Below are positions 34,890 through 46,243 of a stretch of DNA of 64,000 nt, piece by piece. The notes under the pieces were generated by a model. That model was not told the origin of the DNA. It saw only the letters and a list, made by a program, of their open reading frames with translations, and did no database searches. The stretch's first letter is position 1. Each line of letters opens with the position of its first letter. This DNA comes from Squalus acanthias (lineage: Eukaryota): positions 4,278,001-4,342,000 of the forward strand of contig CM059432.1 of assembly GCA_030390025.1 (NCBI GenBank). The letters are read 5' to 3'. A program made the translations under genes and the position numbers.

Positions 34890-35432
34890 GGAAATTCTGG
34901 TCACCACATTACAGGAAAGATGCGATTGCACTAGAGAGGGTACAGGGGAGATTTACAAGGATGTTGCCGGGAGTAGAGAATCTTAGCTATGAGGAAAGAT
35001 TGGATAGACTGGGTCTGTTTTCCTTGGAACAGAGGAGGCTGAGGGGAGACCTTATTGAGGTGTATAACATTATGAGGGGTCTAGATAAAGTGGATAGAAA
35101 GGACCTATTTCCCTTTGCAGAGGGGTGAAAAACCGGGGGGCACAGATTTAAAGTAATTGGTGGAAGGTTTAGAGGGGATTTGAGGGGAAATCTTTTCACC
35201 CAGAGGTTTGTGGGGGTCTGGAACTCACTGCCTGAAAGGGCGGTAGAGGCAGGAACCCTCACCACATTTAAAAAGTACTTGGATGTGCACTTGGGATGCT
35301 CTAACCTGCAGGGCTACGGAACAAGAGCTGGGAAGTGGGATTAGGCTGGACAGCTCTTTGTTGGCCGGTGCGGACACAATGGGCCGAAATGGCCTCCTTC
35401 CGTGCTGTAACTTTCTATGATTCTATGATTCT
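34890..35432 (+). mobile_element. CR1 3' fragment
   Basis: FWSPHYRKD..; (ATTCTATG)n tail. Confidence 0.9.
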
Positions 35433-35611
35433 ATATACAATATTCTACATCCCTGTAAAAGAAAGACAGACTTGCATTTCTACAGCACCTTTCACAACCT
35501 CAGGACATCCCAAAGCGCTTTTCAGCCAATGAAGTACTTTTGAAGTGTGGTCACTGCTACTGGAGTGATATTCACCAGCATACTAAGACTAGATCATACA
35601 ATCATAAAATC

Positions 35612-35950
35612 ACAGATGCTGAGAGGTTGTTTCTCCCTGGCTGGAGTGTCTAGAACCAGGGCTCACAGTCTCAGAATAAGGGGTCGGACATTTAGGACTG
35701 AGATGAGGAGGAATTTCTTCACTCAGAGGGTGGTGAATCTTTGGAATTCTCTGCCCCAGAGGGCTATGGAGGCTCAGTCATTGAGTATATTCAGGGCTGA
35801 GATCGATAGATTTTTGGACTCTGGGGGAATCGAGGGATATGAGGATCGGGCGGGAGAGTGGAGTTGTGGTCGAAGATCAGCCGTGATCTTATTGAATGGC
35901 TTGAAGAGCTGTATGGCCAACTCCTGCTCCTATTTCTTATCATTTTATGT
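35612..35950 (+). mobile_element. CR1 3' fragment
   Basis: SRTRAHSLRIRG..WNSLPQRA. Confidence 0.88.
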
Positions 35951-35951
35951 A

Positions 35952-38900
35952 AGGAGGCCATTCGGCCCATCGTGCCTGTGCCGGCTCTTTGAAAGAGCCA
36001 TCCAATTAGTCCCACTCCCCCTCCGCTCTTTCCCCAGAGCCCTGCAAATTTTATCCTTTTCAAGTATTTATCCAATTCCCTTTTGAAAGTTACTATTGAA
36101 TCTGCTTCCACCGCCCTTTCAGGCAGCGCGTTCCAGATCACAGCAACTCACTGTGCAATAAAATGTTTCCTCATCTCCCCCTCTGGTTCTTTTACCAATC
36201 ACCTTAAATCTGTGTCCTCTGGTTACCGACCCTGGTGCTAGTGGAAACAGTTTCTCCTTATTTACTCTACAACAACGACAACAACTCAATATTCCGGGGT
36301 ATAGAATCTTCAGGCGAGACAGAGGGGGGTGTAAAAGAGGAGGGGGTGTCGCAATATTAATCAAGGAGTCAATTACTGCTGTAAGGAGGGATGATATCTT
36401 AGCAGGTTCCTCTAATGAGGCCATATGGGTAGAACTTAAAAACAAAAAGGGGGCAAGCACTTTGCTGGGAATGTACTATAGGCCCCCAAACAGTCAGAGG
36501 GAGATAGAGGAACAGATATGTAGGCAAATCTCAGAGAAGTGTAGAAATAATAGGGTAATAATAGTAGGGGATTTCAACTTCCCCAATATTAACTGGGATA
36601 GTCAGAGTGTGAAAGGCTTAGAGGGCGCGGAATTCTTAAAGTGCATCCAGGAGAGCTTTTTGAGCCAGCATGTAGAAAGTCCTACAAGAGAGGGGGCGGT
36701 ACTGGACCTAATTCTAGGGAATGTGGCCGGGCAAGTGGTGGAAGTGTTAGTAGGAGAGCATTTTGGTGACAGTGACCATAATTCGGTGAGATTTAAGGTA
36801 GTCATGGAAAAGGACAAAGACGGACCGGAAATAAAGGTTCCAAATTGGGGGAAGGCCGATTTTAATATGATAAGGCAGGATCTGGCCAAAGTGGACTGGG
36901 ATCAGCTACTTGTAGGAAAATCCACATCAGAGCAGTGGGAGTCTTTCAGAAAGGAAATAGAGAGAGTACAACGGCAACATGTTCCCGTAAAGGTCAAGGG
37001 TGGGACCAACAAGCCCAGGGAACTCTGGATGTCAAGGGATATAAGAGAATGGATTAGGGAAAAAAGGGAGGTTTTTGGCAGATACAAAGGACTAAAAACA
37101 GTGGAAGCCCTAGAGGAGTATCGAAAGTGCAGGGGGGTACTTAAAAAAGAAATTAGGAGAGCGAAGAGGGGGCATAAAAAAACACTGGTGGGCAAAATAA
37201 AGAAAAATCCCAAGGTGTTTTATAAGTATATTAAGGGCAAGAGGATAACCAGGGAAAGAGTAGGGCCCATTAGGGACCAAAGTGGCAATCTGTTTGTAGA
37301 ACCAGAAGATGTAGGTGGGGTTTTAAATGAATATTTTGCATCTGTGTTCACTAAGGAGAAGGACGATGTAGGCATAGAAATCAGGCAGGGGGATTGGGAT
37401 ATACTTGAACAAATTAGTATTGAGAGGGAGCAGGTACTAACGGTATTACCAGGCTTAAAAGTGGATAAATCCCCAGGCCCAGACGAGATGTATCCCAGGC
37501 TGCTGTGTGAGGCAAGGGAGGAGATTGCAGGGGCTCTTACACAAATTTTCAGATCCTCTCTGGCCACACGGGAGGTGCCAGAGGACTGGAGAACAGCTAA
37601 CGTAGTACCATTATTCAAGAAGGGTAGTAGGGATAAACCAGGGAATTACAGGCCAGTGAACATAACATCAGTGGTAGGGAAATTATTGGAAAAAATTCTG
37701 AGGGACAGAATTAGTCTCCACTTGGAGAGGCAAGGATTAATCAAGGATAGTCAGCATGGCTTTGTCAGGGGGAGATCATGTCTGACCAATTTGATTGAAT
37801 TTTTTGAGGAGGTGACTAGGTGTGTGGATGAGGGTAGAGCAGTTGATGTGGTCTACATGGACTTTAGTAAGGCTTTTGACAAAGTCCCACATGGGAGACT
37901 GGTCAAGAAGGTAAAAGCCCATGGCACATTGGATCCAAAATTGGCTTAGTGGCAGGAGGCAGAGGGTGATGGTCGAAGGTTGCTTTTGTGACTGGAAGCC
38001 TGTGTCCAGTGGTGTACCGTAGGGATCGGTGCTGGGTCCTTTGCTGTTTGTAGTGTGCATTAATGATTTAGATATGAATGTAGGAGGTATGATCAGTAAG
38101 TTTGCAGATGACACGAAAATTGGTGAAGTGGTAAATAGCGAGGAAGGAAGCCTCAGGCTACAGGACGATATAGACGGGTTGGTCAGATGGGCAGAACAGT
38201 GACAAATGGAATTTAACCCTGAAAAGTGTGAGGTGATGCATTTTGGGAGGACTAACAAGGCAAGGTAATACACAATGAATGGTAGGACCCTAGGAAGGAC
38301 AGAGGATCAGAGGGACCTTGGTGTGCATGTACATAGATCCCTGAAGGCAGCAGGACAGGTAGATAAGGTGGTTAAAAAGGCATATAGGATACTTGCCTTC
38401 ATTAGCCGAGGCACAGAATATAAGAGCAGGGAGGTTATGATGGAGCTGTACAAAACGCTAGTTAGGCCACAGCTGCAATACTGTGTGCAGTTCTGGTCGC
38501 CACCCTATAGGAAGGATGTGATTGCATTGGAGAGGGTGCAGAGGAGATTCACCAGGATGTTACCTGGGCTGCAGCGCTTCAGCTATGAAGCGAGACTGGA
38601 CAGGCTGGGGTTGTTTTCCTTAGAGCAGAGAAGGCTGAGGGGGGACCTGATTGAGGTGTACAAAATTATGAGGGGCATAGATAGGGTAGATAGAAAGGAA
38701 CTTTTCCCCTTAGTAGAGGGGTCAATAACCAGGGGGCATAGTTTCAAGGTAAGGGGCAGGAGGTTTAGAGGGGATTTAAGGAAAACCTTTTTCACCCAGA
38801 GGGTGGTTGGAATCTGGAACTCACTGCCTGAAAGGGTGGTAGAGGCAGGAACCCTCACAACATTCAAGAAGCATTTAGATGAGCACTTGAAACGCCATAG

Positions 38901-39449
38901 CGTACAAGGCTACGGACCAAGTGCTGGAAAATGGGATTAGAATAGACAGGGCTTGATGGCCGGCGCGGACACGATGGGCCGAAGGGCCTCTTTCTGTGCT
39001 GTATAACTCTATAACTCTATGAACTAACTTGTATTAATATCAAAACCGTTCATGATTTTGAACACCTCTATCAAATCTCCCCTTAACCTTCGCTACTCTA
39101 AGGAGAACAATCCCAGATTCTCCAGTCTCTCCACATAACTGAAATCCCTCATCCCTGGCACCATTCTAGTAAATCTCCTCTGCACCCTCTCCACGACCTT
39201 GACATCCTTCCTAATGTGTGGTGCCCAGAATTGGGCACAATACTCCGGCTGGGGTCTAACCAGTGTTTTATAAAGGTTTAGCCTAACTTCCTTGCTTTTG
39301 TACTCTCTGCCTCTATTGATAAAGCCATGGACCTGCTTTTTGAGCAGCTTTCTCAGCTTGTCCTGCCATCTTCAAAGATTTGTGTCCGTACACCCCAAGG
39401 TCTCTCAGTCCCTGCACCCCCTTTAAAATTGTACCATTTAGTTCATATT
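35952..39449 (-). mobile_element. CR1 fragment split into 35952-36270 and 39038-39449 by later insertions
   Basis: Both pieces are contiguous CR1 ORF2 3' sequence on the minus strand (compare 63370-63962). Confidence 0.75.
36280..39022 (+). mobile_element. 5'-truncated CR1 LINE, most of ORF2 (APE + RT) with stops/frameshift
   Basis: ORF 36462-37949 (YRPP, GDFN, SDH, NYRPV, QHGF, DFSKAFDKV), FADD at ~38101, ORF 38275-38940; (ATAACTCT)n tail. Confidence 0.95.
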
Positions 39450-40190
39450 GGCCCGAAAATTAAACCTAATACGCGAGAGTACGCACTGTGTACTCTCACG
39501 TATTAGATCCCGAATTGCCGGTTTCCTGCATGCACTGCGCATGCGCGGGAAACCGGCACTTCGTGAATTGAAAAGCGGGCGGTTCCTAAGTGAACCACGT
39601 GCGCGCTACAGGCTGTACGCACGCAGTGCACTTAGTTATTTTTTCAGCTTTGAACGCGCAGGTAAGTGGTGAAGATTTTACACATAAAGAAAGCAGGCGT
39701 AGGACAGCCCTTTTAACAAGGTAAGTAGTTAATTAAGTGTTATTTTAAATTTTTTTCAACAGGTTTATCTTTTTTAGAGACTTTAAAGAAAGGTAAGTTT
39801 ATTTTTATAACTTTTAAAAAGATTTTACATTTTTTCAAAAATTTAATTTTTTGTTTAAAGTGGTTAATTTATTTAACTATACGGGGTAAAAATTCAGTTG
39901 GTTGCGCCTCCCGTTAGCGCCTTAAGAGGGCGCTAATGGGGCGCAAAGCCGCTAACGCCCGGGCGCAGCGATGTTTGCGCCGCTCGGGAACTTAACTAGA
40001 GATTGTGCGGCGGCGCTAAAACTTACCGCTGCGACCACCTGCGCGCGCAGATTGTGACGTCATTCCATGGTGCAACGCCCTTGTGGCGCCCCGGAGCGGA
40101 AATTGAGTGGCGCCCCCTGCCTTACCGCCTGGCGCATCCAACGACCGGAAGACTGGAACGCTATCAATCGCTGTGGGGCTGGGGGGGACG

Positions 40191-40200
40191 CTATTTAAAG
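40191..40200 (+). promoter_or_regulatory. Candidate TATA-like box of the transposase gene
   Basis: CTATTTAAAG ~200 bp upstream of ATG; retained (reverse) in derivative at ~58188-58197. Confidence 0.4.
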
Positions 40201-40393
40201 GGGGCCTCTTCCTGTCTTTTTCTGTGGTCGACATTTTTGCACCACTCGTTCTGAGAGAGAGAGAGAGATTCGGAGAGAGAGAAAGAGAGACTTCTGCATT
40301 GACTCAACGCTTTGTGAGGTAGTTTTGCCTATTGATCCTAACTTCGCTAATACTTTAGTTGCTGTCCTTCATTACTTTGCTTGCAAAGAGACT

Positions 40394-41554
40394 ATGGGGG
40401 CTGCACTGATTGGGGGCGTCGTCCTGCTCCAGCTGAATCGGAGGATACAGAGACGCAGAGAGAGAGTGGCAATGATGGCCAGACGGAGGAGGGCCAACAG
40501 GCGTATGTACAGGAGAGCTTACCCTCCCAGGGTATATCGTGAACAGCTCTCCTACATTCATATGTCTGAGGAGCTGTGTTTGCGAAGGCTGCGATTCAGC
40601 AAGGAGGTGGTCACTGAGCTCTGCCACCTGCTGCAGCCAGATCTGCAGCCTCAACTGAGGTCCAGGACGTCTCTGTCGGTGGCAGTGAAGGTCACAGTGG
40701 CTCTCAACTTTTACGCTACTGGCTCATTTCAAGCTGCTGCTGGGGACCTCGCCAATATCTCCCAGTTCGCGGTGCATTGCTGCATCCGGCAGGTCACAAA
40801 TGCCCTCTTTAAAAGGAGACGAGAGTTCATCTCTTTCCCCATGACCCCAGACAAGCAGCGTGACCGCGCTCTGGGCTTTGCGAGGGTAGCGGGCTTCCCC
40901 ATGGTGCAGGGCGCCATTGACTGCACGCATGTGGCTTTGCGTGCTCCGCATGAGAATGCCGAGGAATTCCGGAACAGAAAGGGGTTCCATTCCTTGAATG
41001 TTCAGTTGGTCTGTGACCACAGACAGCTGATACTCGCTGTCAATGCCCACTATCCTGGCAGCTGCCACGATGCTTTTATCCTGCGCCAGACTACTGTGGC
41101 AGAACTTTTCGAGGCACCGCATCAGCCAGTTGGTTGGCTTCTCGGGGACAAGGGGTATGCATTGAGCACCTGGCTGATGACACCGCTCCGTACGCCCAAC
41201 ACCCCTGCTGAGCTGCGGTACAATGAGAGCCATCAAGCTACCAGGAACATAATTGAGCGCACAATCGGCGTGCTGAAGCAACGGTTCCGCTGTCTCGATC
41301 ATTCTGGAGGAGCCCTGCAGTACTCGCCTGAGCGAGTATCCAACTTCGTAGTCGTGTGCTGCATGTTGCATAACATGGCAATCCTCAGGACCCAGCCAAT
41401 GCCACCAGGCCTTGGAGCACCACCAGAGGAGGAGGAGGAAGAGGAGGAAGAGGACGAGGAGGATGATCATCAGCAGCACCAAGGCGGGAGGGCGGCCCAC
41501 AATGGTCAAACTGCAAGGGCCGTCCGTCAACGGCTAATAGCAAGCCGCTTCTAG
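40394..41554 (+). CDS. PIF/Harbinger DDE transposase (HARBI1-like, 386 aa from first ATG)
   Basis: Uninterrupted ORF with GAIDCTH, NRKGFHSLNVQLVCD, PGSCHDA, LLGDKGY, YNESH..R..IERTIGVLKQRFRCL; acidic C-terminal tract. Confidence 0.95.
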   Translation: MGAALIGGVVLLQLNRRIQRRRERVAMMARRRRANRRMYRRAYPPRVYREQLSYIHMSEELCLRRLRFSKEVVTELCHLLQPDLQPQLRSRTSLSVAVKVTVALNFYATGSFQAAAGDLANISQFAVHCCIRQVTNALFKRRREFISFPMTPDKQRDRALGFARVAGFPMVQGAIDCTHVALRAPHENAEEFRNRKGFHSLNVQLVCDHRQLILAVNAHYPGSCHDAFILRQTTVAELFEAPHQPVGWLLGDKGYALSTWLMTPLRTPNTPAELRYNESHQATRNIIERTIGVLKQRFRCLDHSGGALQYSPERVSNFVVVCCMLHNMAILRTQPMPPGLGAPPEEEEEEEEEDEEDDHQQHQGGRAAHNGQTARAVRQRLIASRF

Positions 41555-41866
41555 GGCCCCTGCTGTGGAAATGGCTTCTGCCATTGCTAACAACATCAAT
41601 GAACCCAGCACGCAACCCCTAAGCCAGCCAAGGCACCAATAATTCCAACCACCAACCATGTATATTTTGAATACAGAAACTTATTTATTTTACAAACTCT
41701 GTGTGTGTCAATTCCTCATGACAAACTCATAGAAATAAACACAAAAAAACAGTCAATAACATAACTGGTTCTCACAACCTGGAGATAATGTCCAAAACAC
41801 TAAACAAAAGTTGGACCATGAACCTCGACCTTTAATAAAAAAATGACCAGCATTTTGTCACACCTC

Positions 41867-43686
41867 CTACTTTTTGCCCTTCGAGGGTGATCTCCTTCCC
41901 TTGCGCACTTCCCCCCTTCTAACCCTACTGCTCCTCCGTAATGGGACCTCAGTGGCTGCAGCAAGGCTGGTGGAAGGCTGCTGATCGTCAGACCCTGACA
42001 CGGCAGATGCCCCTGAAGGACGGCCTCGACCAGTTCTGGGCCTGGAGGGCCCGGCTGCAGACTGCACCAACTCTGCATGGGCGGCAGCAGTCTGTCCTAC
42101 AGGCGGTGGCAAGTGCAGTGGAGAAGTGACAGTGTTGGCAGCAGGAATGCTGTCATCGTGAGAGAGGACAGCAACTCCCTGCTCGCCCAACACACTGGCA
42201 CTCCCACGGGGCAGCACTTCAGCATCCGGAGCAATCAGCTGGAGAACAGATTGCTGGCCTGCTGCGGCGCGGTGACAGCCCCAGGGACATGTGCACGAAC
42301 CATCGAGGTTGGCAGCAGTCTGTGCTCGCGTGGCCTCAATCTGAGTCTGTATGAGAGCAGTCAGAGATGGGATCACGGCAGCCAGTGACTGAATTGCAGC
42401 ACTAAGCGTTAGTGTGGCATCCGCCTGTGCTACAGCGAAGTGCTCCACACTCCTTGCCAGTGACTCAATGCATTCGGGCACCCTTCCCACTGCACCCATG
42501 AGCTCAGTGTGCATGCCCACCGCCTGGGTGTTCATTTCTGCGATCAGCCGCTCCTCCTCTGCATCCATTGCAGTAGGAGTGTCTGGCATACTCTCCCTCT
42601 GGGGAGAAGGCCCCCGTTCTTCCCTACCCCCATGGCGTTGCTGCAGCCCGCTGGGTCCTGGAGCTTCACCCTCATCAGACCCTTCCCCCCTGCTCCCCTC
42701 CAGGGAAGGCGTGTTCCCAGTGTGGGCATGGGCTTCCTCGGGAGAGGGTGGCACTGATGCTCCGGCTTCCTCTTCCTCCTCAGCTGCAGCATCACTCCCA
42801 GTGGCAGCTTCAGGGCCCGTCTCCTCAGCTGGTGAATCACCATCTGAAAGCAGGGAGGTACAAGAGTGGCTTTAGCGTGAGGACAGGGTGGCAGTAAGGG
42901 AGGAATAAGTGCAGCGAGTTAGCAAGTTGGATTGAAAGTGTCAAAGGCTGGTGTTGTGAGGGACAAGTGGAAGGACAGAGGACAAAAAGGTGATGACCTT
43001 ACCATTGCTGTCCACAACGGGGTCGGCGTCTCCAGTGGCGACGGGACCGATCACCCGGCTTGCCACAATCCTGTGGACGCGCTCCTCAAGATCGCTGAGG
43101 GGTTGCAGCTGAGGCCGCCCTCCACCTGTCCGTTGCTGCTGTCTCCGATTATGCGCCAGCTTGGCCTGTAAGAAAAAGGACAGCATCTGAGTAAATATAC
43201 AGCCATGGTCTTGCCTGATGTGCCTCCCAGAGGTGAATAGCCCTTACTGTATGCAGCCATGGTCTTGCCTGATGTGCCTCCCATAGGTGAATAGCCCTTA
43301 CTGTATGCAAAGTGTGGAATGTGTGTGTGTGTTTCATGAAAGGGCCATAGGTGTTGGATGAGTGTTGTGCATTGGGGTTTTAAGACCCTCTGGCCATAGA
43401 GTGAGTTTGAGATGGAGGGATGGAGAGGTATTGAGAAAAAGCCACTCACCCTGACGACCCGAGTGAGGTCGTTGAACTTTTTGCGGCATTGAGTATGGGT
43501 CCTGGGCACCATGCTCCTGGAGGAGACGCTCTGAGCCACCTCCCTCCACACTCTTCTGAACTCGCGTGGCAAAGGCCTCCTGCCCCTCTCAGGGAAGAGT
43601 ATACATCTTCTGCGCTCCACCGCGCCAACCAGAGCATCCAAGGCCCGCTCGGTGAAGCGATGAGCTCGTTCTCTCACCCTCTCCAT
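41867..43686 (-). CDS. Harbinger Myb/SANT(trihelix)-like DNA-binding protein, 3 exons (43686-43450, 43165-43003, 42843-41867), 458 aa
   Basis: Exon1 RFTERALDALV..W..VA..V..RT..QCRKKFNDL; donors GTGAGT/GTAAGG; acceptors TTTTTCTTACAG/CTGCTTTCAG; 237+163+977 nt = 459 codons including stop. Confidence 0.88.
43200..43307. repeat. 54-bp tandem duplication in intron 1 of the Myb/SANT gene
   Basis: CAGCCATGGTCTTGCC..CTTACTGTATG twice, one mismatch. Confidence 0.9.
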
Positions 43687-44414
43687 CCTTGGCAGCAAAA
43701 TGGATTCACAGGTCTCTCCAGGCCGAGATTCAAGGCTGCAATGAGCAGGGTGTGGCTGGGGAGCAAGTTGGCCCCCCCCGCTTTAAGAAGTGGCCGGCGC
43801 CAGTGTGTCTGTGTTCCCTCGCTAACTGGCAGCAGCTGCGCTGCGCTCGCGCGCTGAGTTAGCGCCTCACTGCTCGGCCTTTGCGCCTTAAGACAGGTGT
43901 GCAGCGCCTGATTTAGCGCTCCACTCACCTCCCAGGGCGGTAAAAGTGAAGTTTCCAGTCAGTGCCGATAATTAGCGCCAGGCGGTAATATTTGCGTCCA
44001 GACGATATTTGCGCCACAAATGTGGCGCGACCTAATTTTTCCCCCTACTTATTTTATTAATGTGATGGCTTTTTTTTTAAATTTAATTGAGGTTTAGCTG
44101 TTCTTTTGGGGGGGTGTAGTATTCATAGCTTTGACAGGTCTTCCTGTCAAAACTATGAATGAAAGATGGTGTGCTGCCATTGGCTCTAACTGAATCACGT
44201 GATCCCAGAGCTCGCACGAACTAATTGCGTCTCTGGGTCACGCAAGCACTGCACAGTTCCAAGAGAGAGAGCCTTTCAAACTAAAGTTCGTGTGGGCCCG
44301 TAGCAAAAAGGTAGGCGCGGAGTGCGATATCGCGGAGAATCCTTACCCCCGCGGGAACCCTCACTGTTTAATTTCTGGGCCATTACCTCTCGATGTATCT
44401 AACCATCATAGGAC

Positions 44415-44960
44415 CATAGAAACATAGAAAGTTAGAAGATAGGAGCAGGAGTAGGCCATTCAGCCCCTCGAGCCTTTTCCGCCATTTAATGAGATCATGG
44501 CTGATCATCCAAATTCAGAACCCTGTCCTGCTTTCTCCCCATATCCCTTGATCCCTTTAGCCTTAAGAACTATATCTAACTCCTTCTTGAATATATTTAA
44601 TGAATTGGCCTCAACTGCCTTGTGTGGTAGAGAATTCCACAGGTTCACCACTCTCTGGGTGAAGAAATTCCTCCTCATCTCAGTCCTAAATGGCTTACCC
44701 CTTATCCTTTGACTGTGACCCCTGGTTCTGGACTCCCCCACCATCGGGAACATCCTTCCTGCATCTAGTCTGTCTGGTCCTGTTAGAATTTTATATTGGT
44801 ACAGGAGTTCCTCTAGGAACAGGAGGAGGCCATTCAGCCCCTCGAGCCCCATCCGCCATTCAATTAGATCCTGTCTGATCTGTATCTTACTCTACTTTCC
44901 CACCTTGGTTCTGCGTCACTCAATACCCTTGCCCTGACAAAAATCTCAGTTTTGAAATTT
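44415..44960 (-). mobile_element. Two CR1 3' fragments (44415-44795, 44812-44960)
   Basis: ORF 44505-44852 and two tails. Confidence 0.87.
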
Positions 44961-45600
44961 TCAGTCACACAGGGAATTAAATACATCTGGCTGCACCTTA
45001 GCATCTGAGCGATTAAAGATTCTCGGTGCTATTTGTTGATGTTTGACTGTTGGAATACTCAGACGCCGACTGTTTAAAGAGGCAATAAGCAAACCTCTGT
45101 GCTCATTAACCTGCAATTATCATTATTCATTTTCTCTGTTTAGACTCATCTCGCTTTAATTGTTCTGTGCGCAACTGAACATATGGCGGTATTGTGATCC
45201 CCCTCATTGGAGAGACACAGGACTTAAACAGTTATTTCAGCTTAATGAAAACCTGGCCCCTTATTTTATCCAAAACTTTTTTTTGAATCACATTTGTTTC
45301 AATAATCCATCTCATTTGATGTGATCACTATTTGTCGCTACAGCATCTGCAAGTTTTGTTGCATTTCAGGTGGATTACTTTTCAACTGTGAACTTGATTA
45401 GGGTTCCTCCTCATCTCAGTCCTAAATGGCTTACCCCTTATCCTTAGACTGTGGCCCCTGGTTCTGGACTCCCCGACAATCGGGTGGTGGAAATCTGGAA
45501 CTCTCTCCCCCAAAATGCTGTTGAGGCTTGGGGGGGGTCAATTGAAAATTTCAAAACTGAGATTGCTAGATTTTTCTTAGGTAAGGGTATTAAAGGTTAT

Positions 45601-46243
45601 GTCCCTGGCTCAGCTCATCCGCTGCTGAAACCCTCATCCGTGCCTTTGTTGCCTCTAGACTTGACTATTCCAACACACTCCTGGCCGGCCTCCCACATTC
45701 CACCCTACGTAAACATGAGGTGATCCAAAACTCTGCTGCCCATGTCCTAACTCGCACCAAGTCCTGTTCGCCCATCACCCCCTGTGCTCGCTGACCTACA
45801 TTGGCTCCCGGTTAAGCAACGCCCCGAATTTAAAATTATCATCCTTGTGTTCAAATCCCTCCATGGCCTCGCGCCCCCTCCCTATCTCTGTAATCTCCAT
45901 CAGCCCCACAACCCCCTGAGATATCTGCGCTCCTCTAACTCTGGCCTCTTGAGCATTCCTGATTATAATCGCTGAACCTTTGGTGGCCGTGCCTTCAGCT
46001 GCCTGGGCCCTAAGCTCTGGAATTCCCTCCCTAAACCTCTCCGCCTCGCTCCCTCTCTCTCCTCCTTTAAGACACTCCTTAAAACCTACCTCTTTGACCA
46101 AGCTTTTGGTCATCTGCCCTAATTTCTCCTTATGTGACTCAGTTTCAAATTGTGTTTCATAACACTCCTGTGAAGCACCTTGGGACATTTTACTACATTA
46201 AAGGCGCTATATAAATACAAATTGTTGTTGTTGTTGTTGTTGT
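45601..46243 (+). mobile_element. L2 LINE 3' fragment inserted in a CR1 fragment (45480-46352)
   Basis: ITPVLADLHWLPVKQR..FKI..LVFKSLHGLAP; 3' end AAAGGCGCTATATAAATACAAA(TTG)n. Confidence 0.9.

Larger units (their letters stand above)
39883..44045 (+). mobile_element. Autonomous PIF/Harbinger DNA transposon (4163 bp, family A), apparently intact
   Basis: TIR GGGG(T/G)AAAAATT 11/12; TSD TAC (39880-39882, 44046-44048); transposase plus convergent Myb/SANT gene. Confidence 0.93.
39450..44381 (+). mobile_element. Hairpin-rich Harbinger-type MITE (family B, ~770 bp: 39450-39882 + 44049-44381) hosting the autonomous element
   Basis: TIR GGCCCGAAAATTAAAC/GTTTAATTTCTGGGCC; TSD ATT (39447-39449, 44382-44384); homologous to 46705-47455 and 55013-55770. 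Confidence 0.85.

Noticed and set aside
36462..37949. 495-aa ORF as an active LINE
   Set aside because: 5' truncated, with a frameshift and stops (e.g. in the GVPQGS motif) downstream
40724..41530. 268-aa antisense ORF
   Set aside because: Shadow of the GC-rich transposase frame with no recognisable motif
40394..41554. Domesticated host gene HARBI1
   Set aside because: Lies within TIRs and a TSD with a partner gene and mobile derivatives, so it is a transposon copy
43051..43449. C-terminal part of the 215-aa ORF
   Set aside because: Read-through into intron 1 (includes the 54-bp duplication) past a consensus donor
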